Part shown: positions 29,993 to 39,649 of the stretch, piece after piece
How the letters are laid out: every line of letters begins with the position of its first letter
Position numbering within the stretch: position 1 is the stretch's first letter
DNA from: an uncultured Chloroflexia bacterium
GTDB lineage: Bacteria > Chloroflexota > Anaerolineae > Anaerolineales > UBA4823
Direction: 5' to 3'
Assembly: GCA_963774935.1 (NCBI GenBank)
Contig: CAVZGO010000002.1
Span: 215,236 to 279,235, forward strand
DNA: 64,000 nt
Position numbers and translations under genes: made by a program
The notes under the pieces: generated by a model
What the model saw: the letters and a program-made list of their open reading frames with translations, nothing else
Database searches by the model: none
Told to the model about the DNA's origin: nothing

Positions 29993-31181
29993 GCTGAGCC
30001 TTACGGTTGGTCTGCGGGTGTGCGTTGCTAGCTTTTAACCCCAAGCCATTACGCAGATCGGCGAGCAGGCACGAGACTTCAGCTTTTTGGGCGGAATTCA
30101 AACAGCTCCACGGGGCGTAGAAGTAGCGGTCGGTATCTTTTTCCACCTGCTGGCGCATTACCAGCCCAGCAGATGTCAGGCGAAGATTCGCATCTGCTCC
30201 ATCCACAAGTCCCGCCTTGCGCAAAGTGTTCAGGTGAGTCAGGTAATCGTGCCTTTCATAACCACGGCGTATGAGCAACCGGTAGACTTCATCTAAAGAG
30301 CTGGCATTTTCACGCCATATCATCGTTAGCGCTTCCAAAGCCGGACCGCGCAGCCCGCTGGGACTCCAGGCTGCCAGGTGTGCATCATCACGATAAGCTG
30401 CCAGGCAAGACATCGCCTGTTCGATGTAAGGCAGCGGCGGATCCAGCTCGGGCATTAAGGAGTAACTAAGACGTATTGACCAGGTTTCGGGAGGTGGAGG
30501 CGTGATGAGACAGGCTTGCCCAAGTTGCCCCAGCCGTTCAGCAAGCAGATTGCCTTCAGCCGGAGCCAACGGGTCGGCTTTCACCATCGCTTCTCGACCA
30601 GACTTGATCAGCCGGTCTACAGCTTTATGCCCACGCGAAGTCAGGCGATACTCACCGGGCACAGGCTCAACCAGGAATTTCGATTCTGCCAGCTGCTGCA
30701 ACCGGCGGCGATAATTGACCTCTGACACATAAGGAACGCGCACTTGCAGGCGCTCAACCGAGGTGGCCTGAGGCTCGAAAGTCAAGGCTGCAAAGAGCAA
30801 TCCGATTGAGTGGGTTGGAAGACCCAATTTCTGTTCGCTAGCATCGAATAAACCAACATAAGTATGACTGACCTGATGGTAGGTTTCCTCGATGGCAGTC
30901 CAAAGCAGCCGGTTTTCTGGATTTTCCTCGCCAGTCAGGTTTTTAAATACCTGGTCGCCTTGTCGGACAGCCTCGTCTACCTTGATCGCCACAATGGTGC
31001 CTGGGGTTGCTGCCATAACTTTTTGATGGTCTACTTCCATTGAACAGGCGATCTGGCCAAAATCCGTCGTGTGACCGATGAAAGTTACACAATCACCGAC
31101 TTTCAACTCACCGTTTAGCTGGATGATGGCGACCCCCAGGTGGCTGTAATAATGAGTGACATGACCGATGAGGACATCCAT
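29985..31181 (-). CDS. Fusion of EF-Tu domain II/U32 C-terminal-like beta-barrel with a winged-helix protein
   Basis: N-terminal IGHVTHYYSHLGVA...LKVGD...SMEVDH; C-terminal YRDDAHLAAW, LTSAG...VEKDTDRYF. Confidence 0.65.
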   Translation of the reverse strand: MDVLIGHVTHYYSHLGVAIIQLNGELKVGDCVTFIGHTTDFGQIACSMEVDHQKVMAATPGTIVAIKVDEAVRQGDQVFKNLTGEENPENRLLWTAIEETYHQVSHTYVGLFDASEQKLGLPTHSIGLLFAALTFEPQATSVERLQVRVPYVSEVNYRRRLQQLAESKFLVEPVPGEYRLTSRGHKAVDRLIKSGREAMVKADPLAPAEGNLLAERLGQLGQACLITPPPPETWSIRLSYSLMPELDPPLPYIEQAMSCLAAYRDDAHLAAWSPSGLRGPALEALTMIWRENASSLDEVYRLLIRRGYERHDYLTHLNTLRKAGLVDGADANLRLTSAGLVMRQQVEKDTDRYFYAPWSCLNSAQKAEVSCLLADLRNGLGLKASNAHPQTNRKAQHA

Positions 31182-31299
31182 GGGTACCTCCAAATAGATT
31201 TTGAAACGAAACCGCCCACCTGCACAGACGAGGAGGGCGGTAATTCAACTTTGTATCGCCATAACCCGCCTGCAGGAGACGGTTTTCAACCCTAATAGA

Positions 31300-31950
31300 T
31301 CAGGTAATTCGACCGCCCTTAAGCTTTTCGGAGAGGGATTTCAAACCTTCCCAGTCCCCTTTTGCCGCGAGTTGGGCTTGCACCGGCCAGGTTGAGACAT
31401 CTGCGAGTCGAAATCGTGGGCCTGCGTTTTGCATGATTTCCTGAAGGCGATCAATCGGTGTATGCGCCAAATCCTCATATCTAAAAATACCAGCCGCATT
31501 CAGGAGATCGTTGATTTTCGGACCAATTCCTTCAATCCTGGTCAAGTCATCCGGAGCTTGCGCTCGAGTCACGACTTCTTCAATCACGAGGGGTGCTGAA
31601 GTTACTGCTGCAGCCTCAACTTCTTGTGCTGCCACCTGATCCTCTATCTCGACCAACTGGCTTTTTACTGCCTCAGTTTCGGCGACGACCGCAAAATGCT
31701 CTGCATCTCTAGCGTCGTGCTCATGGGCTGCATGCTCGTCATGATCATCCAGGTGATAGCGATCGCGGTTTGCCGGTGTCTGTCGGGCCTGCCAGAATAG
31801 CACCAATGCAATAAAAATAATTAATCCAAAGACTGCCAGTAACACATCAGCACGCGTGCCAGACTCTTGATCATTCGTGGTTGAACATGCCGAGATGAAA
31901 AAGAGCAAGGTGGCAAGAAAACCAACTTGAAAAATGCCTTTGCGGAACAT
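31300..31950 (-). CDS. Membrane lipoprotein with C-terminal helix-hairpin-helix domain
   Basis: Lipobox ISAC, TM helix, His-rich linker, DDLTRIEGIGPKI...WPVQAQLAA. Confidence 0.75.
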   Translation of the reverse strand: MFRKGIFQVGFLATLLFFISACSTTNDQESGTRADVLLAVFGLIIFIALVLFWQARQTPANRDRYHLDDHDEHAAHEHDARDAEHFAVVAETEAVKSQLVEIEDQVAAQEVEAAAVTSAPLVIEEVVTRAQAPDDLTRIEGIGPKINDLLNAAGIFRYEDLAHTPIDRLQEIMQNAGPRFRLADVSTWPVQAQLAAKGDWEGLKSLSEKLKGGRIT

Positions 31951-32023
31951 AGTCAGCCTCCTGTTCGATTTGTGATGATCAAGGGATACGACTGAATTAA
32001 AAGCAGTTAAGATTATACCCAAA

Positions 32024-33463
32024 TCACAAATTCTGGGAATGCTGAATGTGCTGCACGGCCATTGCTAACAGGGCAAAAATCGGCAGAATCAGGAGAAGAA
32101 CCCAAAGCAGCCCACGAAAAGTTGCGGGTTGGTAATTTTGGGGTGATTCTTGACTTGGCAAATAATTCTTTGCCTCAGAATTTTCTGATATCCATTGTTG
32201 AACCTCGGTGGATACATCGACCCCCGGCTGGTTTTGCCAACTGGCAAGATCATTGACCAATTCTGCGCGACTCGACTTCATAGAATGGGGAATTACTACC
32301 AGGCCGCTGTTTGGGTTTTCAATCTGGAATGTTTCTCCCGATCCAACCAGGGTCAGCTCAATCGGATAAACTCCTGGAGCAGCCTGCAATTCAGCTTTCA
32401 TTCCGAGAGTGACTTCATCACCTGGAGATACTTGCTTATCAATCAGAATATCCATTGAAGAAGACCAAGCCGGGGAGGAAACCTGGATTCTCGTCTGCCC
32501 TGCCTGCCATGTTTCTTCTCCATTATTCTCCAATCGAAGCTTCAACAGATTGTTTTCCCCTTGCACAAGTACTGGCCAGGCAGGTGATTCCACCAATCGA
32601 GCAGAATATAACCGCTGGACTCCAGCTAATACGCCAATAGCCTGGGGGATCAACCGTGTTGTATCGATAATCGCCTCGCCCTGACAGACAAGTTGAGTGG
32701 AACCACCTCCATCCAGCATCATCACCTTGGCTGCACCAAAAGCCCGCAGGACATCGCCTGCATCACCAGGGAGTGAGGTCCTCGTGTTCAACAGGAAAAC
32801 CGTTTCATAGCTGCCATTTTGATCCCGATCAGCCACTCCCACAAAAGTTCTACCGGTGGAGCGCTTGGCTGCCTTGGCGGCATTCTCTGTCAAACCGGCA
32901 ATAATATCCGGGGCATCCGAGTTATACAGGTCTGACTTGCTCAGCTCGCGGATGTCAGCCTCTGAATTGGTTATTTCAAGGACGAGCTTCTGGCCCGGAA
33001 ATTCGTTCTCACCATACCCATCAGTGACTACCGCCCCATTTACCTTGAGTGGAAATGGCAGTGGTGTCGGGCTATCGGCCATGCGAAAGAACTGGCCATT
33101 TGAGACGCAAAATGGGCTTTGCTGCGTTTGGGCTAGTTCCCCCCAAAATTGCTGGATGGATTTCCTGGTGAAGCGCGGGTTATCGCCTCCATACACCCCC
33201 TGACCCTGACCGGATTGCGTAATTTCACCATGCATCAAGACTAACTCTGCTCCTTGCTGCAGGTTAACCACCTGGACGAAATCCGGTGTTCCGTTGGGAT
33301 AATCCTTGCGGAAGAGCTGCACCCCAGGTACTTCTTGCACCAGGTGGAATCCACTCGGTACCTGCCAGTCGGGTGTAGCGGCGCGGGTTGGATAACATGT
33401 AAGCGCGAATAATACGGTAATACAACCTAGAAGAATCAGGATACGAATGCGTTGTGTAATCAC
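32024..33463 (-). CDS. Secreted phosphodiester glycosidase (NAGPA-like) family protein with Ig-like domain and C-terminal anchor
   Basis: Signal peptide; NGQFF, RTFVGV and MMLDGGGSTQL motifs; C-terminal TM. Confidence 0.75.
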   Translation of the reverse strand: MITQRIRILILLGCITVLFALTCYPTRAATPDWQVPSGFHLVQEVPGVQLFRKDYPNGTPDFVQVVNLQQGAELVLMHGEITQSGQGQGVYGGDNPRFTRKSIQQFWGELAQTQQSPFCVSNGQFFRMADSPTPLPFPLKVNGAVVTDGYGENEFPGQKLVLEITNSEADIRELSKSDLYNSDAPDIIAGLTENAAKAAKRSTGRTFVGVADRDQNGSYETVFLLNTRTSLPGDAGDVLRAFGAAKVMMLDGGGSTQLVCQGEAIIDTTRLIPQAIGVLAGVQRLYSARLVESPAWPVLVQGENNLLKLRLENNGEETWQAGQTRIQVSSPAWSSSMDILIDKQVSPGDEVTLGMKAELQAAPGVYPIELTLVGSGETFQIENPNSGLVVIPHSMKSSRAELVNDLASWQNQPGVDVSTEVQQWISENSEAKNYLPSQESPQNYQPATFRGLLWVLLLILPIFALLAMAVQHIQHSQNL

Positions 33464-33660
33464 CGGTAACCTCTGCAGGAAAAAACAACAGCATTATATC
33501 ATAAATTAGAACATATATTCTATTTATATTTTATTCATTATCGAGGAAATCAATCAGGAAAGGATCAGTTTGACGGCTTGCCCACTTGCCATCTATCTGA
33601 AAACTCAATTACCGGAATAAGCCCCTTCCGAGGAGAATCAATGGAATCACACCCAGATAA

Positions 33661-33984
33661 TTACTTTTTTTTGACTGGTCGCGGGAGACCCGCCGATACC
33701 ACGACCATAAAAAGCAAATAAATCACGCTTCCAGAGATTGCCATTGCCATCGCCAGCGGAATAAACTCCGCAGCCCAGAAAAACGCTCCCAAGGACATCA
33801 ATAGCCAGCACAGGGCATGCCCCCATCGGATGATAAACATCTCAAATTTTGTCCTTGGTCGGTTGGTCAGCGCCAGCTTCGGCCACTTGAAGGCGTAGAA
33901 GATCGCCAATAACAGGCAAATATACCCCCAAAGAGGGATTGGCAAGCCCAAGAATCGATCTGGCATAACAATGATCTCCCGCAA
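33661..33984 (-). CDS. Small membrane protein
   Basis: Three hydrophobic segments; directly follows the GyrI-like gene. Confidence 0.6.
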   Translation of the reverse strand: MREIIVMPDRFLGLPIPLWGYICLLLAIFYAFKWPKLALTNRPRTKFEMFIIRWGHALCWLLMSLGAFFWAAEFIPLAMAMAISGSVIYLLFMVVVSAGLPRPVKKK

Positions 33985-33996
33985 CGTATGGTTGAC

Positions 33997-34458
33997 TTAA
34001 GCTTTCTGGACCGGAAAATAAATATAAAGTGTACTCGATAAGTTGGAGTGGACGAACTCCTCGCCGTAATATTCAAAATCCGGCGCCGGTACAGCTTGAT
34101 AACCACTCGCAGGCAGCCAGTCATGAATGCGTTGATAAGCTGCTCTAATATCTTGAACGCCTTTTGCTGGCATGACAGCATAGGTCTGGGTAGGCACCAC
34201 CTTACCTACCATGCCCCGCGGAATATCCGATAATTCAGTCACTGGCAGCCCGGCAACATACTCAAATGAGCCATCTGGCTCCATAGCGAAACACAAGCCG
34301 AATGCTGCATTGGGCTGCGTTGCAACGTGCAGGATCTCAGCGGCATGCTCATTGAAATGCCCCCATAACTCAGTGATCTCCTGGTGCTCGTTCTTTCCAT
34401 AATAGCACAAACCAACAACCATAAATTGATCCATACGAACAATCTTGGGTTCCATCAT
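33997..34458 (-). CDS. GyrI-like small-molecule-binding domain protein
   Basis: MEPKIV...FMVVG, FEYVAG, WLPASGY, PDFEYY, LYIYFPV. Confidence 0.85.
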   Translation of the reverse strand: MMEPKIVRMDQFMVVGLCYYGKNEHQEITELWGHFNEHAAEILHVATQPNAAFGLCFAMEPDGSFEYVAGLPVTELSDIPRGMVGKVVPTQTYAVMPAKGVQDIRAAYQRIHDWLPASGYQAVPAPDFEYYGEEFVHSNLSSTLYIYFPVQKA

Positions 34459-34524
34459 AATCTCCTGATGTCATTGGATAGATTTGGCATCGCATGGTCT
34501 CCAGAAATAACCCCTTAGAATACA

Positions 34525-35682
34525 TCAGGGTTGCCCACACCCCTGGTATGTAGACATCTGGGTCACAATTGCCGGCCCGATCACCACAGCCTGACGCACT
34601 GGATCATAAAACCAGCCATAATTCAGAATATTACCAGCACCCGTTAGCATCCAGCCCTGATAGCGGGTGATCTCCAGGCTGGAGCCGAGGGGGTTTTCAG
34701 TCGAAACGCACTCTCCACGCTGGGTGACGTTGCTGATTACGTCAACAGTGCCTGGTTCGCACGCGACGGGTGCGTCCAGCCATATCACGCCAGATACATC
34801 ACAGCCAGGCGTGTTGCTCCAGGCAGTGCCACTGCGTGGTAATAACAGTTCCAGCGGGTCTGCAGCCATGATGAGCACCCAGCCGGGCTGTACTCCGCCT
34901 GCCCCTATTTTCAGCTCTGGGTAGCGAAGTTGATTGAAGATCAATAGATACTGGATTGGGACCGAAAAACGCTCCGCAATCGTTTGAAGATCGTCACCAG
35001 GGAGTACAGTATAAGTGACCACATTCCCGGCGTGTGGCTGGGAGACAACCGGTGGGACCGGGGTTGTGATCGGAGATGCGGCTTGTGTGGCAAATCCAGC
35101 CTGGGCCGTCTGCGCCATACTGGCTGCCTGGGTCAGGATCAATGGCGTAGACATCACCATCGGAGTGGCACCTGCCTGAGCGGTCTGATTCAGACTGGCT
35201 ACCCTTGTCAGGCTGACAACAGCTTCGGTGGCAAAACCTGCTTCCAATGTCGGCTGGAGAATCGCAGCCTGGGTTTGAGCCTGCGGAATGCGTAGCGCTG
35301 CTTCAGTTGCAATCCGTGCCAGGGCAGTATCACGCACTTGCGGTAGCGTGGTCGGAGCCAGGGTTGCCTGGCGTACAAATTCGGTGGCAAGACCTGCTTT
35401 GGCGGTCTCAAATAATTCAGCCGCCTTGGTCGCTGCCCCAACTTTGGCAGTTGCCATCAACTCGGCAGCCTCTGTTACCAGACGCGCTTCCAGCGTATCC
35501 TCCAGGCTTTGTGATTTTGTTGCCGCTAGGTCGCCCCCTTTCTGAATCGACGTTTCTGCAACCGGAGCGAGGGCGGTACCAATCATACCCCACGCTTCGG
35601 AAGAACAGCTCATCAGAGTCAAAGAGCAGGTTAAGAGCAAGAGGACGGTCAGGATAATACGTTTTATTTGCATACCATGCAC
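34525..35682 (-). CDS. LysM-domain lipoprotein with Ala/Thr-rich helical repeats
   Basis: Lipobox LMSC; repeated AGFATEA/TQAA units; YTVLPGDDLQTIAERF LysM. Confidence 0.75.
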   Translation of the reverse strand: MHGMQIKRIILTVLLLLTCSLTLMSCSSEAWGMIGTALAPVAETSIQKGGDLAATKSQSLEDTLEARLVTEAAELMATAKVGAATKAAELFETAKAGLATEFVRQATLAPTTLPQVRDTALARIATEAALRIPQAQTQAAILQPTLEAGFATEAVVSLTRVASLNQTAQAGATPMVMSTPLILTQAASMAQTAQAGFATQAASPITTPVPPVVSQPHAGNVVTYTVLPGDDLQTIAERFSVPIQYLLIFNQLRYPELKIGAGGVQPGWVLIMAADPLELLLPRSGTAWSNTPGCDVSGVIWLDAPVACEPGTVDVISNVTQRGECVSTENPLGSSLEITRYQGWMLTGAGNILNYGWFYDPVRQAVVIGPAIVTQMSTYQGCGQP

Positions 35683-35841
35683 TCCCTGTTACAACTGCGA
35701 ATTCATAATTGCATTGTACACGATTTTTATGTGCAAGAATCCAACGATACTCTTGCAGGGATTAAAACACAGATGTGACGGTGTGTTGTTAACACTCCGC
35801 CACATCTCTTAGACCTCAATAGTAATCGGTTCAGCCTGGTG

Positions 35842-36396
35842 TTAGCTGCCCAGCTCACCTTCCAACTTGTCAACCAGGGCGAGGTATTTTTCGTGCACAC
35901 CTTCGCCGGTCTCTTCATGCTCAACCTTTTCAAATCCATCCCAGACAATCTCGTGCTCTGACTCAGGTATCACCCTGTCTGCCATAGGAAATAGGATATT
36001 ATCTTCCTTATAGATGTGCTGGCGAAGCAAAACCACATAATCGAATGCGCTGTGGATCACCTGCTCTCGCGCCTGGGTATCTCCCTGGTCCATTTGATCA
36101 GCAGCCTGGCGCAATGAACGAGTCAATTCACGGCCGCGCTCATGCTCATAGAGCATCACTCCGATTGGACCACCCTGCACAGGCACTCCCTTTGCCGCCA
36201 TGCTGGGGAACAGCACGCCTTCCTCTTTCGCGTGATGGCAGCCGTCTGCAAATCCCTTGATGAATGTTGCTGCGTCCTGGAAAAAACCGAGGCGCACTGC
36301 CTCGCCGGCTTCCAGGCGCCGGGATTCTGTCTCTAATATGTTCAACATCCGTTCAATAACGCGGTGTTCTTCCATCAGTGTAGTCGTTGCTTTCAT
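35842..36396 (-). CDS. Hemerythrin domain protein
   Basis: EHRVI, HHAKEE, EHERGR and QHIYKEDNILFP di-iron ligands. Confidence 0.9.
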   Translation of the reverse strand: MKATTTLMEEHRVIERMLNILETESRRLEAGEAVRLGFFQDAATFIKGFADGCHHAKEEGVLFPSMAAKGVPVQGGPIGVMLYEHERGRELTRSLRQAADQMDQGDTQAREQVIHSAFDYVVLLRQHIYKEDNILFPMADRVIPESEHEIVWDGFEKVEHEETGEGVHEKYLALVDKLEGELGS

Positions 36397-36482
36397 TTAT
36401 CCTCCTTACAATCTCTTATGTATTGTGGATCAGAATATTATAGTGACATTTCCTCAAAACAGAAGAAAATACTTTACTAGGC

Positions 36483-38024
36483 CTAGTGACCACTACCACC
36501 TGTCGGTGTCCCATCAATAACCTCAGGGTTCGCTTCTCCTTCGACGATGAGGAATCCAGCCAGCCCGCGCTGTAAGCGGGAAAGGGCATGATCAACCAGG
36601 ATGTATCGACCAGGAACTTCCAGTTTGAATTCCACCACCGTTGCTCCGCCGGAGGGAACCAAAGTGGTCTGAACATTCGTCAGGGCTGGCGATGTCAATG
36701 ATGCCTGATCAAAAACCCGGTCGAAGATTTCACCAATCACATGAAACGAGCTGGTGAAGTTGGGACCACCCACGCCGTAATAAATTCGCACAGTTTCACC
36801 GACTTTAGCCTGAAGTGGGTGCAGTACAGTTAATGCACCAACCGAACCATTGATAATGAAGTACTCAGGTGCCTCATTCAATAGCTTTTCTTCACTGAAT
36901 GTCGCTCGACCTGGTGTTCCAAAAGGCTCAACGGTATAAATTTCTCCCTGCATCACATAAAATTCTCGATCCACCGGTGGCAAGCCTTCTTCCGGCTCGA
37001 CCAAAATCAGGCCATACATTCCATTAGAAATATGGTGCGGGATCATCGGCGTGGCGCAGTGATATACATAAACTCCCGGATTGAGTGGGGTGAAGGTAAA
37101 CATAGTCTCTTCACCAGGATTAGTCGAGGTATAAACTGCCCCCCCACCAGGACCTGTGACAGCATGAAAGTCCACCGAATGCTGCATGGTATTTCCAAGC
37201 TTGTTTTTTAGATGAACTTCAACTTGATCTCCGACGCGCACACGTAAGAAAGGACCTGGAACCTTGCCATTGAACGTCCAGAAGGTATATGCTGTACCAT
37301 CATTTAATCGCCCTTCAGCTTCAACAGCCTCAAGATCGATGCGAACTACTTCAGAGGTCGAACGGTTCAACGGACCGGGCATATCGTCAGGAGCCCTGGA
37401 CAGGTCAGGTGCATCCACACCTGCAGCGGCGACGGCATTACCAACCACCAGCTTGCCTTCCATACCTGCCTGCCGGTGACCAGGGATCGTACAAAAATAA
37501 GGGTATATACCTTCGGTATCGGCTTTAAAGACCACCGTTGCCTGGTCCCCTTCGAGGAACACATCCTCCGATTGGACGCCGAATTCTTCAATCGCCAGGT
37601 TATGCTGGATGTTGTCTCCATTCACCAGTGTGATCTCGACAACATCGCCCGGATTGACTCTAATTTCCGGGTTTGGCATACCCTCCATATCACCACCGAC
37701 ACTGAGAAAAACCATCTTGCCATCACTCATTCCGGTTTTTAACGTGATACGGACATCCGGCTCGCCAAGATCTGCCTGTGCACTCATCGCTTGATGAGCA
37801 ACTGGGACTGTCTCCCCCGTTTGGTCCGATGGTTGTTCAACTTCATTCTGGATGATTACTGGACGTTCAGCCTCTACTGCTGTGAGCGTCGCTTGAACTG
37901 CATTATCGATCTCCTTCATCTGTCCTTCTGCTGAATAAAAGAGCGAAGACACACATCCACTCAATCCAATTGAGAGAATGACAAAGAGAGTGAGGAACAA
38001 GAGATGGTTGGTTCGAATGTGCAT
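36483..38024 (-). CDS. nirK: Copper-containing nitrite reductase with extra N-terminal cupredoxin domain (lipoprotein)
   Basis: Lipobox LSGC; YFCTIPGHRQAGM type 1 Cu site; HSVDFHAVTGPGGG, YHCATP..HISNGMYG, SSFHVIGEIFD, LVDHAL NirK motifs. Confidence 0.93.
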   Translation of the reverse strand: MHIRTNHLLFLTLFVILSIGLSGCVSSLFYSAEGQMKEIDNAVQATLTAVEAERPVIIQNEVEQPSDQTGETVPVAHQAMSAQADLGEPDVRITLKTGMSDGKMVFLSVGGDMEGMPNPEIRVNPGDVVEITLVNGDNIQHNLAIEEFGVQSEDVFLEGDQATVVFKADTEGIYPYFCTIPGHRQAGMEGKLVVGNAVAAAGVDAPDLSRAPDDMPGPLNRSTSEVVRIDLEAVEAEGRLNDGTAYTFWTFNGKVPGPFLRVRVGDQVEVHLKNKLGNTMQHSVDFHAVTGPGGGAVYTSTNPGEETMFTFTPLNPGVYVYHCATPMIPHHISNGMYGLILVEPEEGLPPVDREFYVMQGEIYTVEPFGTPGRATFSEEKLLNEAPEYFIINGSVGALTVLHPLQAKVGETVRIYYGVGGPNFTSSFHVIGEIFDRVFDQASLTSPALTNVQTTLVPSGGATVVEFKLEVPGRYILVDHALSRLQRGLAGFLIVEGEANPEVIDGTPTGGSGH

Positions 38025-38096
38025 ATTGGTTGCCTCCATGGCATAGGTGAGGTGAATAAAGCACCACATAACATACCATATTCGATCTAATTTGTC

Positions 38097-38112
38097 TTTG
38101 CGCTAGCGCAAA
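38097..38112. promoter_or_regulatory. Crp/Fnr (NnrR/DNR-type) binding site for nirK
   Basis: Perfect palindrome TTTGCGCTAGCGCAAA (TTG-N8-CAA); a minus-strand TG-n-TATGTT -10 at 38070-38078 fits class II spacing. Confidence 0.75.
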
Positions 38113-38152
38113 TTCGTCGTTCTTTTGTCTTCTAAGATAAAATATATGGATC

Positions 38153-38857
38153 ATGACGCTTCACTCCAATATCGAAGCGAAGAATTTTGCCGAGATACCG
38201 CTTTTCAAGGATCTTGATGCAGCTGACCTTGCGCGCCTGGCTGCAGCCGGTCATGTAAAAACACTCTCCACCGGAGAGTATTTCTTCCTGCAAGGCGATC
38301 AAACTAAAGCCCTTTTCGTTCTCACCCATGGCAGGGTTCGTCTGAGCCAATCCGGCGCAGATGGACACCAGGTGCTGATCCGCATCATTCTACCGATCAC
38401 TCTTTTCGGCTTAATCACCTTAGCGAAAGCCAAGACTTACCCGGTCAGCGCTCAGGCGCTGGTCGATAGCAGTGCGGTTTACTGGTTGAAAGATGAGATG
38501 ATGGTATTTACGAACCAGATACCACAATTGGGTCTGAATGCCATCCAAATTATGTCAAGCACGATCCAGGAGATGCAGGAAAGATTTCGCCAGGTAGCCA
38601 CTGAGCGGGTGGAGCGGCGCCTGGCGAGGACACTGCTTCGTTTGATTGACCAGGCGGGTCGAAAAGTACCCGATGGCATCTTAATTGACCTTCCCATCAC
38701 ACGACAGGAATTGGCTGAGATGTGCGGCACTACCCTGTATAGCGTCAGCCGCATTCTTAATCAATGGGAGGATCAGGATCTGGTAAGCGTTGGGCGCGAG
38801 CGGGTCGTCGTCAGAGACACATCTGGTTTAGAAAAAATAGTCGGGGAATCCCCTTAG
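38153..38857 (+). CDS. Crp/Fnr-family regulator (NnrR/DNR-like)
   Basis: cNMP-binding domain, VERRLARTLL, HTH ITRQELAEMCGTTLYSVSRIL; divergent from nirK. Confidence 0.9.
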   Translation: MTLHSNIEAKNFAEIPLFKDLDAADLARLAAAGHVKTLSTGEYFFLQGDQTKALFVLTHGRVRLSQSGADGHQVLIRIILPITLFGLITLAKAKTYPVSAQALVDSSAVYWLKDEMMVFTNQIPQLGLNAIQIMSSTIQEMQERFRQVATERVERRLARTLLRLIDQAGRKVPDGILIDLPITRQELAEMCGTTLYSVSRILNQWEDQDLVSVGRERVVVRDTSGLEKIVGESP

Positions 38858-38887
38858 ATCAAAATTGCATCTCTACAAATGGAGGGA

Positions 38888-39649
38888 TTAATCGCTGCGC
38901 TTCCCAGGAGTAATAACCGGGGGACGGGTATATGGTTTTACCTGGGCGGCAATATCATCGCGGAATACGTTGCCCGATATGTGCATCAGCGTATCGCCAA
39001 AGTCGCTATCCACCCCCATGCTCGCCAGGCAAGGAAAATGATGGTGGAGAAGACCTGATTTTTCAGCTGCTTCATCTGCAGATACCCCAATCAGATGCTC
39101 GGCAACATAGCGCGCACAACCACACACTGCATCCCGCTTTACCTGCGCAGCGCTGATCTGGCTGGTATCAGGGTCGACCGTTACCTCAAAGGATGGCTGG
39201 CCAAAATAGCGGGCAAACTCGGCGATTAACGGGTTGTCGTAGTTCTGGCGCTGGCGGCGGGTGACTCCATAATCGTATTCGGTGAGCGAGCACAGTGGTT
39301 TCGGTGTGGCACAGGCAACACCCATCCGATCTAGCCACTCCTTAAGTTGGCGTGCCAGACCGCGCGGCAGCCACGCCTCGCTATCTACCGGCGCCAGCAC
39401 CGCGCCAGCACCTGTCATCCTGACGATGTCGGGCAGCAATTCGATCACACCTTTGTGCTCAGCAAAGGCACATACCAGATCTGTGGCAGGAAGCGATGCT
39501 GGCAGAAAATCTTCGGGATAGTCGATCATCAATGGAAAGGCTGCCGGCGCCTGCCAGCTCTTAATCTGCCAACTAGAAGGACCAAATTGCTCCAGGTTGC
39601 GAACGTGCCGCGCGCCATATTCTCCGGAGATTACCGCAAATATCCTCAT
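38888..39649 (-). CDS. DUF166 family protein
   Basis: GEYGARH, IDYPEDFLP, PKPLCSL, RDAVCGCA, HHHFPCLASM. Confidence 0.75.
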   Translation of the reverse strand: MRIFAVISGEYGARHVRNLEQFGPSSWQIKSWQAPAAFPLMIDYPEDFLPASLPATDLVCAFAEHKGVIELLPDIVRMTGAGAVLAPVDSEAWLPRGLARQLKEWLDRMGVACATPKPLCSLTEYDYGVTRRQRQNYDNPLIAEFARYFGQPSFEVTVDPDTSQISAAQVKRDAVCGCARYVAEHLIGVSADEAAEKSGLLHHHFPCLASMGVDSDFGDTLMHISGNVFRDDIAAQVKPYTRPPVITPGKRSD

